A stretch of 64,000 nt of DNA from Candidatus Pacearchaeota archaeon. Lineage in GTDB: Archaea > Nanobdellota > Nanobdellia > Pacearchaeales > GW2011-AR1. The translations under genes and the position numbers were made by a program. Below the pieces are notes generated by a model. That model was not told the origin of the DNA. It ran no database searches and saw only the letters and a program-made list of their open reading frames with translations. The stretch is taken from assembly GCA_041656875.1 (NCBI GenBank), contig JBBACR010000002.1:8084-72083 (forward strand), given 5' to 3'. Of the stretch, positions 44,195 through 55,732 are shown in pieces; position 1 is the first letter of the stretch; the number at the start of each line of letters is the position of its first letter.

Positions 44195-45024
44195 CCAAGA
44201 CAGGAATTGTTTTTGGAGCAGGATTTTTAGGAAAAAGAATTTCCAGTGAATTAGACTATAGGCTAGTTTCAAGACAAGAAGTAAATCCTCTTAATCTGTC
44301 AAGTCTAAATGATTTCCTAGACCAAGAAAAACCCGCAGTTGTTATAAATACAATAGGAAAAACCGGAAGACCTAATATTGATTGGTGTGAAGCCCATAAA
44401 GAAGAAACTTTTCAGGGTAATGTTACTGTTCCACTTAATCTTTCAACTGAGTGCTCTAGCCGAGGAATTTTTTTTGTTCATATTGGAAGCGGATGTATGT
44501 ATTCAGGTTATCCTTCTAATGGTTTTAGTGAAAAAGATACCCCTAATTTTTATGGTCCTCAGTTTTATGCAAAAACAAAAATTATTTCCGAACTTGCTTT
44601 AGCAGAGCTTCCCGGTTTGATACTCAGAGTTAGAATGCCTATTGATGATAGACCCAATGAAAGAAATTTAATTGATAAACTAATAAAATATCCCGAGGTT
44701 ATTTCTGAACCAAACTCTATGACAACTGTCCCTCATGCAATAAATGCAATGAAATCTCTTATTGAACTGAGGAGAAATGGAATTTATAATTTAGTAAATC
44801 CCGGGCTTATTTCTGCAGCAGATATTATGAATCTTTATCAAGAATTAATAGATTCAACCCATACATTTAAGCCAATGTCTTTAGAACAGTTAGACAAAGT
44901 AACTGTTGGAAAAAGGTCTAATTGTTATTTGAGCACATCTAAACTTGCTTCAGAGGGTTTAGAACTTCCTGAGATTCATGATGCTGTTAAAGAGTGTTTA
45001 ATTGGATATAGGGGGAGATTATAA
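44191..45024 (+). CDS. NAD(P)-dependent sugar-nucleotide reductase/epimerase (RmlD-like)
   Basis: GAGFLGKRI Rossmann motif and YAKTK. The ATG at 44191 overlaps the rfbB stop (ATGA). Confidence 0.7.
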   Translation: MTKTGIVFGAGFLGKRISSELDYRLVSRQEVNPLNLSSLNDFLDQEKPAVVINTIGKTGRPNIDWCEAHKEETFQGNVTVPLNLSTECSSRGIFFVHIGSGCMYSGYPSNGFSEKDTPNFYGPQFYAKTKIISELALAELPGLILRVRMPIDDRPNERNLIDKLIKYPEVISEPNSMTTVPHAINAMKSLIELRRNGIYNLVNPGLISAADIMNLYQELIDSTHTFKPMSLEQLDKVTVGKRSNCYLSTSKLASEGLELPEIHDAVKECLIGYRGRL

Positions 45025-45890
45025 TGAAAGGAATAATTCTTGCAGGAGGAAGAGCAACAAGACTTGAGCCTGCAACAAAAGCAATTAGTAAACAGATTTT
45101 ACCAGTTTATGACAAACCTATGATTTACTATCCCCTGTCAACTTTAATGCTCACAGGAATAAAAGATATTTTAATAATCTCTACTCCAAGAGACCTGCCA
45201 ATGTTTAAATCTCTTCTAGAAGATGGCTCCGAGCTTGGAATGAATTTTTCTTATAAAGTTCAGGATAAACCAAGAGGTCTTGCTGATGCATTTAGAGTAG
45301 GTAAAAAATTTATTGGAAATGATTCTGTTGCACTTATACTAGGAGATAATATTTTTCATGGTCATGGACTTCCAGAATTATTAAACAAAGCAAGTTCAAA
45401 TAAAACTGGTGCAACAGTTTTTGGATATCGGGTAAGTGACCCACAGAGGTATGGAGTAGTTGAATTTGACAAAAATGGAAAAGCAGTTTCACTTGAAGAA
45501 AAACCCGCAGTTCCAAAATCCAATTATGCAGTAGTTGGACTTTATTTTTATGATAATTCAGTTGTAAAAAGAGCAGCAAATCTAGAACCGTCTAAACGAG
45601 GGGAGCTTGAAATTACAGACCTTAATCGTACTTATTTAGAACAAGGAAATCTCGAAGTTAAAATAATGGGGAGTGGTTTTGCTTGGCTTGACACTGGAAC
45701 TTTTGATTCTCTTTCAGATGCATCAGATTATGTAAGAGCAATACAAAAAAGACAAGGTTCGCAGATTTGTTGTCCTGAAGAAATTGCTTATAGAAAAGGT
45801 TTTATTGATGCAGAAGGATTAAAGAGGGTAGCAGAACCTCAAAAAAATTCAGGTTATGGCTCTTATCTTTTAGGCCTACTTGATGAATAA
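45024..45890 (+). CDS. rfbA: Glucose-1-phosphate thymidylyltransferase
   Basis: [38 protein letters not shown] is a near-canonical RmlA N-terminus. Confidence 0.95.
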   Translation: MKGIILAGGRATRLEPATKAISKQILPVYDKPMIYYPLSTLMLTGIKDILIISTPRDLPMFKSLLEDGSELGMNFSYKVQDKPRGLADAFRVGKKFIGNDSVALILGDNIFHGHGLPELLNKASSNKTGATVFGYRVSDPQRYGVVEFDKNGKAVSLEEKPAVPKSNYAVVGLYFYDNSVVKRAANLEPSKRGELEITDLNRTYLEQGNLEVKIMGSGFAWLDTGTFDSLSDASDYVRAIQKRQGSQICCPEEIAYRKGFIDAEGLKRVAEPQKNSGYGSYLLGLLDE

Positions 45891-46041
45891 TCTATTAGTT
45901 TCTTAAGTCTTTAATTTATTTAATGGTTTTATTCCTAATTCACCTATGAATAAAATTCAAACTTAATCTGGCTGAAATTATAATTTCAGACAAATTTACT
46001 CGATGAATAAGATTTTTAAAGAATAATCTGCTTTTTAGTCT

Positions 46042-46458
46042 ATGTTACCAAAAATTCATTTTATTTTCGGGCTCATCTTTTCAATATTACTTTATTTTCT
46101 ATTTCACTTGACCCTCTTTCAGGCATTTTTGATTTTATTTGCCTCTGTTTTTATTGATGTAGATCATTATATGTTTATTGTCAAAAGAAAAAAGATTTGG
46201 AACTTAAAAAAAGCTTATTATTGGCATAAATCTCTTCCTAAAAATCATAAGACTATAATGCATATTTTTCATACTGTTGAATTTATTGTTCTGGTTTTGC
46301 TGTTGTCTTATTTTTGGAGCGGGTTCTTTTTTATTTTTTTGGGAATGATTTTTCATTCAATTTTGGATTTAATAGACCTCTTTTATCATTATCGGTTTGG
46401 AGTCAGAGAATTTAGTTTAATAAGATACCTTTCGAGAGATAAAGGTAAATACTTTTAA
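46042..46458 (+). CDS. Small membrane protein (possibly DUF457-like membrane-bound hydrolase)
   Basis: 138 aa, 4 TM segments, with conserved-looking IDVDHY and HSILD. Confidence 0.45.
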   Translation: MLPKIHFIFGLIFSILLYFLFHLTLFQAFLILFASVFIDVDHYMFIVKRKKIWNLKKAYYWHKSLPKNHKTIMHIFHTVEFIVLVLLLSYFWSGFFFIFLGMIFHSILDLIDLFYHYRFGVREFSLIRYLSRDKGKYF

Positions 46459-46511
46459 ACTATATTTTAGATACTAGAAAATATTAAAAACTAAAAAATA
46501 TATCTAGCCTA

Positions 46512-47432
46512 ATGAAAATAGGTATAATTGGAGTAGGATTTGTTGGCGGTTCAACAGCAAGGGTTTTGCATTCTCATCACGATCTCTTTTTATATGATAA
46601 ATATAAGACCCCTGAATGGTGTAATGAAAAATGCAATGAATGGGCAAATCCTCCAATCAATACACCTCAAAGTTTAGAGGTTCTTGCAAAAGAGTCAGAA
46701 GCTGCTTTTATCTCAGTACCAACTCCTATGCAAAAGAGTGGAGCAATTGATTATACAAATATCCATAGTTCCATTAACCAGTTACTTGAGTCAACAAAGC
46801 AGGCAGGAAGAAACCCTGAAGACCTTTTAGTAATAATTCGGTCAACAGCAGTTTCTGGAACAACTCATAAACTTTCAGAGCAATATCCATTTAGATTTGC
46901 ATTTAATCCTGAATTTTTAAGAGAAAGATATGCTCTTGAAGACATGCAAAATACTGATAGAATAGTTCTAGGTGCTGATGACCCCTTAAGTCTAAATCAA
47001 GCAGAAGCAATTTATAAGCCGGTATTTCCTCAAGCAAGATTTGTATTAACCGACACTAAAACTTCAGAGATGATTAAATATGCTTCAAATGTTACACTAG
47101 CTTGTCAAGTAGCAGTTGCAAATGAAATTTATAACATATGTCAAGTTACAGGTGTAGATTATAATGGAGTAAAAGAAGCAATACTAATGGATCCAAGAAT
47201 TGGGGATTTTATGGATGTTCCTGGATATGATGGGGACAGAGGTTTTGGAGGAAAATGTTTTCCAAAAGACTTGAGGGCTCTTACTTGGCTTGCAAAGGAT
47301 TTAGGATATGACCCAGACCTTTTAGAAGCAGTTTGGAGACTCAATCAAAAAGTAAGAAAAAATCCAGACTGGGAGCAGATAGAAGGAGCAACCTCAGAAA
47401 ATAATTTTGGAGAATGTAACCCTGCTAAATAA
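46512..47432 (+). CDS. UDP-glucose/GDP-mannose dehydrogenase family protein (short form)
   Basis: IGIIGVGFVGG, NPEFLRE, and GFGGKCFPKDL with the catalytic Cys. Confidence 0.75.
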   Translation: MKIGIIGVGFVGGSTARVLHSHHDLFLYDKYKTPEWCNEKCNEWANPPINTPQSLEVLAKESEAAFISVPTPMQKSGAIDYTNIHSSINQLLESTKQAGRNPEDLLVIIRSTAVSGTTHKLSEQYPFRFAFNPEFLRERYALEDMQNTDRIVLGADDPLSLNQAEAIYKPVFPQARFVLTDTKTSEMIKYASNVTLACQVAVANEIYNICQVTGVDYNGVKEAILMDPRIGDFMDVPGYDGDRGFGGKCFPKDLRALTWLAKDLGYDPDLLEAVWRLNQKVRKNPDWEQIEGATSENNFGECNPAK

Positions 47433-47496
47433 TATTGAGTCTTAAGAAACTTTTCTTTTTCAATATATTTAAATACAATTTTACTATATATTAATT

Positions 47497-49059
47497 ATGA
47501 AGAAAAACAATAATCCTTTAGATGATTCTTTGAAACTTATTGCAAAAACTTCAATAATAGTTTTTATTGGGTTAGTTATGTCTAAATTGCTAGGTTATGC
47601 CTATAGGATAATTGTAGCAAGGTATTATGGTCCTGAAGTCTATGGTTTGTTTTCTTTAGTTACAATGGTCCTAGGAATAATTCTGGCTGTTTCTTCACTT
47701 GGGCTATTAGATGGTCTGGCAAGATTTATTCCACAATATCGTGGAAAAAAAGAAAGTAATAGAATTTCATATCTTCTAAAATTGACTAATAAAATACTCT
47801 TAGTAACAGGTATTATTTCAGCAGTCTTATTATTTTTTCTTTCAGAATTTATTGCAGTAAATATTTTTCACGATATTGACCTAGTAAATCTTCTTAAAAT
47901 TTTGAGCTTTTTTGTACCCATAGCAGTTCTTTCTAGTCCCTTTTTAAATGCTTTAAGGGGATATGAATTAATCAGCAGTTATTCTTTTGTATATAATATT
48001 CTTCAAAATCTTGTAAGAGTCTTAACTCTTGTAATCCTTGTAGTATTAGGATGTGGGGCTTCTTCCTCAGTAGTTTCTTATTGTATCGGATTTTTAGCAG
48101 TGCTTATTACTTCCTATTTAATCTGCAAATATAAACTTCCCGAATTATTTGTTAAATCTAACTTATCTAAACAAGAGAAAACCCAAGTAAGAAAAAGTTT
48201 CTTTTCATATTCTTTTCCACTGATGTTTTTTTCAATAGCTTCTATGTTATTTTACTGGATTGATTCTTTCTTTTTAGGCTATTTTAAAGGAGCAGAATCT
48301 GTAGGATTTTATAATGCAGCAGTTCCAATAGCTCTGATGCTTTCTATGATTCCTGAACTATTTATGCAATTATTCTTTCCAATGATAAATAGGCATTATT
48401 CAAATAAAGACTTCGAACTGATTAAACAAGTAAGTAAGCAACTCGGAAAATGGATATTTATGGTTAATCTTCCCCTTTTTATTTTAATATTTGTATTCCC
48501 GGGAGCAGCAATAAACATTTTATTTGGAAGTCCGTATCTTGTCTCTGAAAACGCATTAAGGATTTTAATATTTGGTTCATTTATAGCTTCAATCGGAACT
48601 ATTTCAAATAATCTTCTTTCAATGGCAGGAAAGTCAAAACTTGTTCTTATGGACATGGTAATTGCTTGCTTAGTTAATGTAATTTTAAATTTTATATTAA
48701 TCCCTATGCCCGTCATTATGAGCATAGACAACTCTTTAGGAATAAATGGGGCTGCACTTGCAACAGCACTATCTATGGTATTCTTAAATATGTTGTTCTT
48801 TTTTCAGGCAAAAAAGAGTCTCGGAATTATTCCAATAAGAATTAAAATGATAAGTATACTCTTTATAGGTCTTATTTCAGGATTTCTTTTAATGTATCTC
48901 AGAAGTATTTTTTCTTCTTCAAACATTTTTTTAATTGTAGTATTGACGATTGGTTTTTTAGGGGTTTATTCCTTTTTAGTATTAATATCAAAATCTTTAG
49001 ATTATAATGACTGGAGTATAATTTCTGCAATTTATAGAAAAATAAGAACATTTAGTTAA
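47497..49059 (+). CDS. Oligosaccharide flippase (MOP/Wzx family)
   Basis: 520 aa and about 14 TM segments. The N-terminus is typical of polysaccharide biosynthesis proteins. Confidence 0.8.
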   Translation: MKKNNNPLDDSLKLIAKTSIIVFIGLVMSKLLGYAYRIIVARYYGPEVYGLFSLVTMVLGIILAVSSLGLLDGLARFIPQYRGKKESNRISYLLKLTNKILLVTGIISAVLLFFLSEFIAVNIFHDIDLVNLLKILSFFVPIAVLSSPFLNALRGYELISSYSFVYNILQNLVRVLTLVILVVLGCGASSSVVSYCIGFLAVLITSYLICKYKLPELFVKSNLSKQEKTQVRKSFFSYSFPLMFFSIASMLFYWIDSFFLGYFKGAESVGFYNAAVPIALMLSMIPELFMQLFFPMINRHYSNKDFELIKQVSKQLGKWIFMVNLPLFILIFVFPGAAINILFGSPYLVSENALRILIFGSFIASIGTISNNLLSMAGKSKLVLMDMVIACLVNVILNFILIPMPVIMSIDNSLGINGAALATALSMVFLNMLFFFQAKKSLGIIPIRIKMISILFIGLISGFLLMYLRSIFSSSNIFLIVVLTIGFLGVYSFLVLISKSLDYNDWSIISAIYRKIRTFS

Positions 49060-49917
49060 TTATTTAAAGTTTTTCCCAAAATAAACTTTTCTTGTTATTC
49101 CTTCAAGTGTTCCAAAATATCTTGCAGTTATAAACAATAGCATGTATGGAAAGAATATTTTCCATTCATTTAGATTACTTGCCTTTTTTATAGAGAGTAG
49201 TATTATAGAAATAGGGGAGACCAGTATCATTAAAAATGGAATAATTTTTTTAATTAGAGGCATGTTTAAAAATTTATTATTTAAAGAAGCACCAATCCAT
49301 CTACTTTGCTTGTAGACTGCTTTTAGTGTTTCAGGATTTTTATGGTAACAAGTAGTGTCGCGAGCAACATAGGGTTTTATTTTTCTTTCAATAAAAAACG
49401 TTTGATCATCAGCATATCCATATTTAGGATTAAATCCTCCCATTTCTAAAAATTTCTTTTTAAGTATTGCGCGAAAAATAACTGAATTTCCATAACCTTC
49501 TTTCTCATTTACTCTAACTTTCCCCCAACATCTACTCCAGATATTGTTGGTATTATCAATAACTTCATAATTGTGAGTAGTTCCAATAATCTCTTTTGAA
49601 CTTTCAATAGGTTTTATTAAATTTTTTAAATAATTTTTTTCAAAAGTCATGTCTGCATCAACAAATACTAGTATTTTTCCATAAGCTTTTTTTGCCCCTA
49701 AATTTCTAGATATTCCTGGACCCCTATGTTTTCCCAGTATTAACCTTACTTTTTTAAACTTTTTAACAATTTCACGAGTTTTGTCAGTTGATCCATCATC
49801 AACAATAATTATTTCAATATTTTTTTCAGATTGAATAAGCAAACTTTTTATTGCATTAGAAATATCCTCTTCTTCATTATAAGTGGGAATTATTACTGAA
49901 ATTTTTATTGGCTTCAT
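49060..49917 (-). CDS. Family 2 glycosyltransferase
   Basis: ISVIIPTYNEE...VDDGSTD...FVDADM. Confidence 0.85.
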   Translation of the reverse strand: MKPIKISVIIPTYNEEEDISNAIKSLLIQSEKNIEIIIVDDGSTDKTREIVKKFKKVRLILGKHRGPGISRNLGAKKAYGKILVFVDADMTFEKNYLKNLIKPIESSKEIIGTTHNYEVIDNTNNIWSRCWGKVRVNEKEGYGNSVIFRAILKKKFLEMGGFNPKYGYADDQTFFIERKIKPYVARDTTCYHKNPETLKAVYKQSRWIGASLNNKFLNMPLIKKIIPFLMILVSPISIILLSIKKASNLNEWKIFFPYMLLFITARYFGTLEGITRKVYFGKNFK

Positions 49918-49967
49918 TTTACAAAACTTTACCTCTTAACGAGTAATTGAAATTTTATTTATAATTT

Positions 49968-50495
49968 TCATTTTATAGCTTCAAGAGACACTTCTAGAAA
50001 TTGTGCCGGAACTAAATGAGATATGAATAATGCCCATGCTTTTTGAGTAAATCTAGTCGAGTTAACAATCCATTGTATAGGTTGAAGTCCTCTTTGAAAC
50101 ATTATTTTTCTAGACTTTATTTTAAATCTAGCCTTAGTGTAATAGTTAAGTTCATCTTCAGGTCTAAAATAGTTAAATGTAAAAAAAGTATAAACTGACT
50201 TGTGCGTTGGATCGCAAAAGCTCCATACACTTGGAAATATTGGAACAATTATCATTGTTTCACTACCATTTTTAGAAATTCTCCATATTTCTTCCATAGG
50301 TTTTATAATATCTTCTAAATGTTCCAGAACATTATCACAATAAATATACTCAAAAGTATTGTCTTTAAATGGCCAAGGATATTTTTCTAGGTTATGGACA
50401 ACATCCACTCCAGGAAGTTTGACAATGTCTAAATTAACAAAATCTTCTTTTATGTCTTTACCGCACCCAATTGTAAGTTTTTTAGACTGTTTCAT
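49968..50495 (-). CDS. Class I SAM-dependent methyltransferase (paralog of 57552..58064)
   Basis: GCGKDIKEDFVNLD...VLEHLED. It shares order and motifs with the 170-aa paralog. Confidence 0.75.
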   Translation of the reverse strand: MKQSKKLTIGCGKDIKEDFVNLDIVKLPGVDVVHNLEKYPWPFKDNTFEYIYCDNVLEHLEDIIKPMEEIWRISKNGSETMIIVPIFPSVWSFCDPTHKSVYTFFTFNYFRPEDELNYYTKARFKIKSRKIMFQRGLQPIQWIVNSTRFTQKAWALFISHLVPAQFLEVSLEAIK

Positions 50496-51432
50496 TTTCG
50501 AGATAAGAATAATCCCCTATTTTAACATTTTGGTAGTTCTTAATTGCTAAAACTAATGAGTTAAAAAAGTAAAAAGTCCTTATAATTACAGTTTTATGAA
50601 AATAAAAATTTGAAATTTCCTTGCTTCTAAATGGATCTTTTCTGGTTAGAAATATTCTTACAAACTGATTAAAAACCATTTTCATTGCTTTTGGAAATTT
50701 CTCATGTCTAAAAGAAAAAAGTATCATTCCATAAGACTGGTGTTTATATATAAAATCCTTGGAAGAAGATTTATAAGAAAAACTTCCAACATGGACTGAT
50801 TTGGAAAGTCCTGTATAAACTATCTTAAATCCTTTTTCTTTTGCCCTAAAACAATAATCTATATCATCTGGACCATAGAAATAGTTTTCATCAGTTCCCC
50901 CTATTATTTCAAGAACACTTCTTTTTATTAGAATATTAGCTCCGCCAACAGCACTAACTTCCCTTACAAAATTATACTGCCCATTATCTTTTTCATTATA
51001 TTCCTTAGGTTGTCTATCCCAAAAAAGTTGTTGAACTCTTCCATCTGGAAAAACTAATTTGTTTCCACATATACCTCTTTTCTCCTCTTTTTCAAGTTCC
51101 TTAACCATTAAACTAAGCCAATCCTGTTGAACTGTTACAATATCATTATTCATATTGCAAACATAGTCTGGATTAAATCTTTTTATAACAAATTGGTAAA
51201 GAAGATTACTCCCTCCTGTAAATCCTAGGTTTTCTTTTCCTTTTAATAAAAAAACTTCCTTAAATTTTTTAATCGTTTTAATTGAATCATCACTTGAACC
51301 ATTATCCAACACTACAACTTTATAATTAGGATATTTTGTTTTTTTAAGACTCTTTAGACAATTATTGATTTTTTCACCACCATTCCAGTTGACAATGACA
51401 ATACAAACAAGGGGTTGATTTTTCTTTTTCAT
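50482..51432 (-). CDS. Family 2 glycosyltransferase
   Basis: VCIVIVNWNG...LDNGSSD...GPDDIDYCFRA. Confidence 0.85.
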   Translation of the reverse strand: MKKKNQPLVCIVIVNWNGGEKINNCLKSLKKTKYPNYKVVVLDNGSSDDSIKTIKKFKEVFLLKGKENLGFTGGSNLLYQFVIKRFNPDYVCNMNNDIVTVQQDWLSLMVKELEKEEKRGICGNKLVFPDGRVQQLFWDRQPKEYNEKDNGQYNFVREVSAVGGANILIKRSVLEIIGGTDENYFYGPDDIDYCFRAKEKGFKIVYTGLSKSVHVGSFSYKSSSKDFIYKHQSYGMILFSFRHEKFPKAMKMVFNQFVRIFLTRKDPFRSKEISNFYFHKTVIIRTFYFFNSLVLAIKNYQNVKIGDYSYLENETV

Positions 51433-52100
51433 TTTTTAAAGTCCTGTTTCCTCTTAAAAAAACCTCTCCAAAACCAATAGAAATATTTAGGATTAAAAAC
51501 ATTTGCTTTGATTATTGGCTTCCACCAGCCAGATAGTTTAACTCCATAAATTCTAAACAAGCAGCCCCAAGTATTTGCATTTTGCAGTCTTTTATATCCT
51601 TTTGCCTTAAGATATCCTGGATGATAATGTTCTACTACGCTATGAGGGTAGGCAATCTCTCCAACTTTTTTAAGTTTCATATACAAATCCATATCTTCTC
51701 CACTATTTAGAAAAGTAGATTCATCAAAATATCCTACTTTTTCAAGCATGTCTTTTTTATATGCACAGCCCTTTTCATCAAGTAGGGGCGTATATTTTTC
51801 TTTGTTTTCAAAGTCCATAACATCTGAAGCACAAGCAACTATTTTTGGATATTCTAATGGCTTGACTAGTGTAGAAAGCCAACTATTTGAAATAGGAATA
51901 CAATCTTGGTGAAGAGTTACAATAATATCATATTTAGCTTTTTTAATCCCCTGATTCATTGATTTTGCAAGCCCCCATCCTTCATTAATTTGGATAACCT
52001 GTATTTTGCCTTTGTAACTCTGGTTCTTTACAGCGTTATTCACCCTTTTCAAAATCTCCTTATTTGGGTTATACATGGGAATTATAATTGAAACATTCAT
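51429..52100 (-). CDS. Family 2 glycosyltransferase
   Basis: VSIIIPMYNP... plus an internal DxD-like region (GEDMDL). Confidence 0.8.
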   Translation of the reverse strand: MNVSIIIPMYNPNKEILKRVNNAVKNQSYKGKIQVIQINEGWGLAKSMNQGIKKAKYDIIVTLHQDCIPISNSWLSTLVKPLEYPKIVACASDVMDFENKEKYTPLLDEKGCAYKKDMLEKVGYFDESTFLNSGEDMDLYMKLKKVGEIAYPHSVVEHYHPGYLKAKGYKRLQNANTWGCLFRIYGVKLSGWWKPIIKANVFNPKYFYWFWRGFFKRKQDFKK

Positions 52101-52150
52101 AGATTAGAAATAGAGATATCATTTAAATATCTTAGTTTTATTAGATTTAT

Positions 52151-53296
52151 ATGTCAAATCCACATCTAAAAATAATTGAGATCTGTCCTTTCTCAAAAGG
52201 AATCTGCGGAGTCTGGGCAAGGGTTATTTCGGAAAGTAATGAATTTACCAGACTAGGTAACCAGGTTACTGTAATTTCTTCAGATATAATTAAAGGAACT
52301 AATGAAAAAGCAATATCCCAAGAAGATATTGATAATATTTGTATTAAAAGATTTAAATCCAAAGGGCTATCCATTTCTAAAAATGTTAATTCATTTAACT
52401 ATGAAAGTGAACTTCAAAACTTAATACACAAAAATCAAGTAGATATTGTAATAACTCATCTTTTGCATCCTCATTCATTTAATGCTTTAAGAATTTGTTT
52501 AAAAAATAAGATTCCATGTTATTTAGTAACTCATGCCCCATTTAATGTAAAAAGAAAGTTTCCATTAAATTTTGCAACATCTTTTTATAATAAATTTAAA
52601 GTAAAACCCCTTTTAAACAAATTTACAAAAGTGATTGCAATAACTAAATGGGAATATCCTTATTTAAAAAGACTAGGCCTAAAAGAAAATAAAATTGTTT
52701 ATATCCCAAACGGACTCCCTGAAGAATTTTTTTCAGAAAAAATAAACCATTCTGTTAAGGGAAAAGATGTATTATTTCTTGGAAGAATTGCACCTGTAAA
52801 AAATTTAGAAACTTTTGTTTATACTGCAAAACTTCTACCTCACCTGCATTTTGCAATAGTGGGCAGCTTTGAAAAAGAATACTTAGATAAATTAGACAAA
52901 ATTATAAAAAAGAATAATCTCAAAAATATTAGGATTTTACCTCCTGTGTATAATCTAAAACAAAAAATAAAACTAATTGATTCCTATAAACTATTCGTCT
53001 TACCGAGTAATAGGGAAGCAATGCCTCAGGTCCTCTTGGAAGCAATGGCTAGACAGAAAATAGTTATTTCCTCAAATACAGACGGTGGAAGAGAAATAAT
53101 TAAAAACCAAAATAACGGGTTATTATTTGAGATTGGAGACTCTGGCCAACTTGCAGATTTAATAAAGAGTAGTCTTTCAGAAAAGAATATCCAAAAACAA
53201 GCAAGAGAAGATTCAAAAAAATACTCCTGGAGAAAGTTAATTAAAGTATATCTCTCCTTATTTAAAAATGATATCAATAATAATAACTGCCTATAA
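52151..53296 (+). CDS. Family 4 (GT-B) glycosyltransferase
   Basis: C-terminal EAMPQVLLEAMA...G.LF is the GT1/GT4 signature. Confidence 0.85.
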   Translation: MSNPHLKIIEICPFSKGICGVWARVISESNEFTRLGNQVTVISSDIIKGTNEKAISQEDIDNICIKRFKSKGLSISKNVNSFNYESELQNLIHKNQVDIVITHLLHPHSFNALRICLKNKIPCYLVTHAPFNVKRKFPLNFATSFYNKFKVKPLLNKFTKVIAITKWEYPYLKRLGLKENKIVYIPNGLPEEFFSEKINHSVKGKDVLFLGRIAPVKNLETFVYTAKLLPHLHFAIVGSFEKEYLDKLDKIIKKNNLKNIRILPPVYNLKQKIKLIDSYKLFVLPSNREAMPQVLLEAMARQKIVISSNTDGGREIIKNQNNGLLFEIGDSGQLADLIKSSLSEKNIQKQAREDSKKYSWRKLIKVYLSLFKNDINNNNCL

Positions 53297-54143
53297 AGAG
53301 CCAAGCACAATTGGAAAAGCAATAGAACAAATTTTAAAAAACAACCTGACAAATTATGAAATTCTCGTAACTGCTCCTGATAATGAAACCCTTAATGTTG
53401 CAAAGATTTATTCAAAAAGATACAAGTTTGTAAGAACTTTAAAAGATGAAGGAAAAGGTAAGCCTGCTGCTTTAAATCTTGCAGTAAGTAATGCAAAAGG
53501 CAATATCCTAATCTTAACTGATGGGGATGTTTATGTTGGAGGAGACTCATTAAGTTTTTTGATTAAACCTTTTGAAAATCCCAAAATAGGTGCAGTTTCA
53601 GGTAACCCGGTTTCATTAAATTCAAGAAAGAATAGACTTGGTTTTTGGGCTTATGTTCTAACTAGTATTGCAAGCAAAAGAAGGTTAACCGCCTTAAAAT
53701 TAAAAAGAAGATTTTTTTGTTCAGGATATTTATTTGCTATTAAGAAATCTTTGTTTCCAAAGCTTCCAGAAGAACTATTATCTGAAGATGGTTTTATTTC
53801 AAATAATGTATATAAAAAAGGATATAGTCTAAGTTATTCAGAAAAGTCAAAAGTTTATGTAAAATATCCCACAACATTTGATGACTGGGTTATTCAAAAA
53901 AAGAGAAGTGCAGGCGGTTACAATCAAATAAGAAAAATGACCAATGTAGAAATGAGGTCCTTTAGAAAAGAATCTCTTGGAGGATTTTCACTTTTAAGAT
54001 ATGTTTCAAACCCCTTAGAATTTTTCTGGTTAATCGAGTTATTTTTAGCAAGAGTTTACCTTTGGTTAGTTATCTATAGGGATATAAATATAAATAAGAA
54101 ATCTCATAAAGAAATATGGAAAAGAGTAGAAACTACCAAATAA
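53268..54143 (+). CDS. Family 2 glycosyltransferase
   Basis: ISIIITAYKEP...LTDGDV. Confidence 0.8.
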   Translation: MISIIITAYKEPSTIGKAIEQILKNNLTNYEILVTAPDNETLNVAKIYSKRYKFVRTLKDEGKGKPAALNLAVSNAKGNILILTDGDVYVGGDSLSFLIKPFENPKIGAVSGNPVSLNSRKNRLGFWAYVLTSIASKRRLTALKLKRRFFCSGYLFAIKKSLFPKLPEELLSEDGFISNNVYKKGYSLSYSEKSKVYVKYPTTFDDWVIQKKRSAGGYNQIRKMTNVEMRSFRKESLGGFSLLRYVSNPLEFFWLIELFLARVYLWLVIYRDININKKSHKEIWKRVETTK

Positions 54144-54157
54144 TTTTATAAAATCTA

Positions 54158-55732
54158 ATGGAAAATTCAGAAGAAACAATTAAAAAAAGAAAAGATAAAA
54201 TAAAAGGATGGTTTAAAAATCCTTATAATTTGACTTTTTTTGCAATAATCTTATTTGCAATAGCAATTCGATTTTATTATTTTTGGTTGACTAAAAATCA
54301 ACCTATTTGGTGGGATGAATCTGAGTATATGTCCCAGGCAAAAGCAATAGCCGGGCTTCTTCAATATGATACTTCTTCAATTCGTTCTCCAATATTTCCT
54401 GCATTTATGTCTATTTTTTTCTTTTTAGGAATTACTAGCGAGCCTATTATGAGATTTTTAGCATTATTTATTCCATCTGTTCTAGTTATTGTTCTAACTT
54501 ACTTTATGATTAAAGAAATGTATCTGGATAAGAGGATAGCTTTAATTTCTACAATCTTAGTTAGTGTTTTATGGGAGCATTTATTTTATAGTAATCGTTT
54601 TCATACCGAAAATTTTGCTTTAATCTTTCAGTTTTTAGCATTATTTATTTTATTTAGATGTTATATTAAAAGTAAAGACTTTTATTTTATAAATCATAAA
54701 TATTCCCTTATTTGGATTTTATTATTTTCGATTGTCTCTATGGCATTTAGGCCAGGAAATGTAATGTTTATTCCGGCCTTGTTATTACTTGTTGTTTTGT
54801 TAAATAAAGATAAACTCCTTACAAAATCAAGTCTAATCATTATTGGTCTTCTTATTGTTGCGATAATCAGCGCATTTATCTTTACAAGTATTCCTCAAAA
54901 TTTTTTAAGTACTTATACTCATTTTTCAGACCCTATTGGCTGGAATTCATTTAATGTATTTTATGGTTTTTATGAATCTCCTATTTCATATATACCTTCT
55001 TTGCTTTTTTATGGGTTTTTAATAGGGCTCGCGATGATTTTTTTTAGAACTGTTTTAGTTCTAGACAATATAAAAACATTTAAGGTAGATTCTGAAAACC
55101 TTGAATTTAAATCAGATTTATTTAACCTTCTTTTGCTTTTTTCAACCCTCTTCGTATTTGTGTTCATTATGCGTGCAAATAGCTTTGAATATCGTTGGTT
55201 TTTCCCACTACTTCCTGCAATGCTTGCTTTTACAGGAAAAGGGATAATTGAATTTTCAGAATATATTGGGAGTTTTATAAAATCAAAATATTTTGTTAGT
55301 GCACTAATAATTTTAATTGTAATACTTGGAGCTTACAGTCAAATGATTCATGCAGACCAGATAATAAAATTTAAAGTTGATTCTTATTCGCAAGTAAGGG
55401 ATGCTGCTCTTTGGATAAAAGATAATTATCCCAAGAATACTCAAGTTCTTTCAATATCTTATCCCCAAACTGTTTATTATTCAGAAAGAAACGTTAGTAC
55501 TTATTCATCGATTAAAAACTCTTCAGAGTTCAATAATTATCTTGCTTCAAATAAACCAGCGATTTTAGAGGTCTCAATATTTGAATCTCATCCAGAGTGG
55601 CTAAACTCTTGGATTAATGATAACAAAGATAAGTTAACTCCAATAAATGCTTATTTTGCAGATAAAGAACAAACTCAACCGGTATTAGTTCTTTATAGGC
55701 TTGGATATAATAATACTTCTAGCAGTGCTTAA
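54158..55732 (+). CDS. Polytopic membrane glycosyltransferase (GT39/GT83 ArnT/PMT-like)
   Basis: 524 aa and more than 10 TM segments. The first loop carries a WWDESEY acidic motif. A C-terminal soluble domain follows. Confidence 0.6.
   Translation: MENSEETIKKRKDKIKGWFKNPYNLTFFAIILFAIAIRFYYFWLTKNQPIWWDESEYMSQAKAIAGLLQYDTSSIRSPIFPAFMSIFFFLGITSEPIMRFLALFIPSVLVIVLTYFMIKEMYLDKRIALISTILVSVLWEHLFYSNRFHTENFALIFQFLALFILFRCYIKSKDFYFINHKYSLIWILLFSIVSMAFRPGNVMFIPALLLLVVLLNKDKLLTKSSLIIIGLLIVAIISAFIFTSIPQNFLSTYTHFSDPIGWNSFNVFYGFYESPISYIPSLLFYGFLIGLAMIFFRTVLVLDNIKTFKVDSENLEFKSDLFNLLLLFSTLFVFVFIMRANSFEYRWFFPLLPAMLAFTGKGIIEFSEYIGSFIKSKYFVSALIILIVILGAYSQMIHADQIIKFKVDSYSQVRDAALWIKDNYPKNTQVLSISYPQTVYYSERNVSTYSSIKNSSEFNNYLASNKPAILEVSIFESHPEWLNSWINDNKDKLTPINAYFADKEQTQPVLVLYRLGYNNTSSSA

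Noticed and set aside
45981-45998. Perfect 8-bp palindrome ctgaaatt-at-aatttcag downstream of rfbA, considered as a terminator
   Set aside because: The palindrome is A/T-rich and short, with no following T-run. Such palindromes are expected by chance in about 70% A/T DNA.
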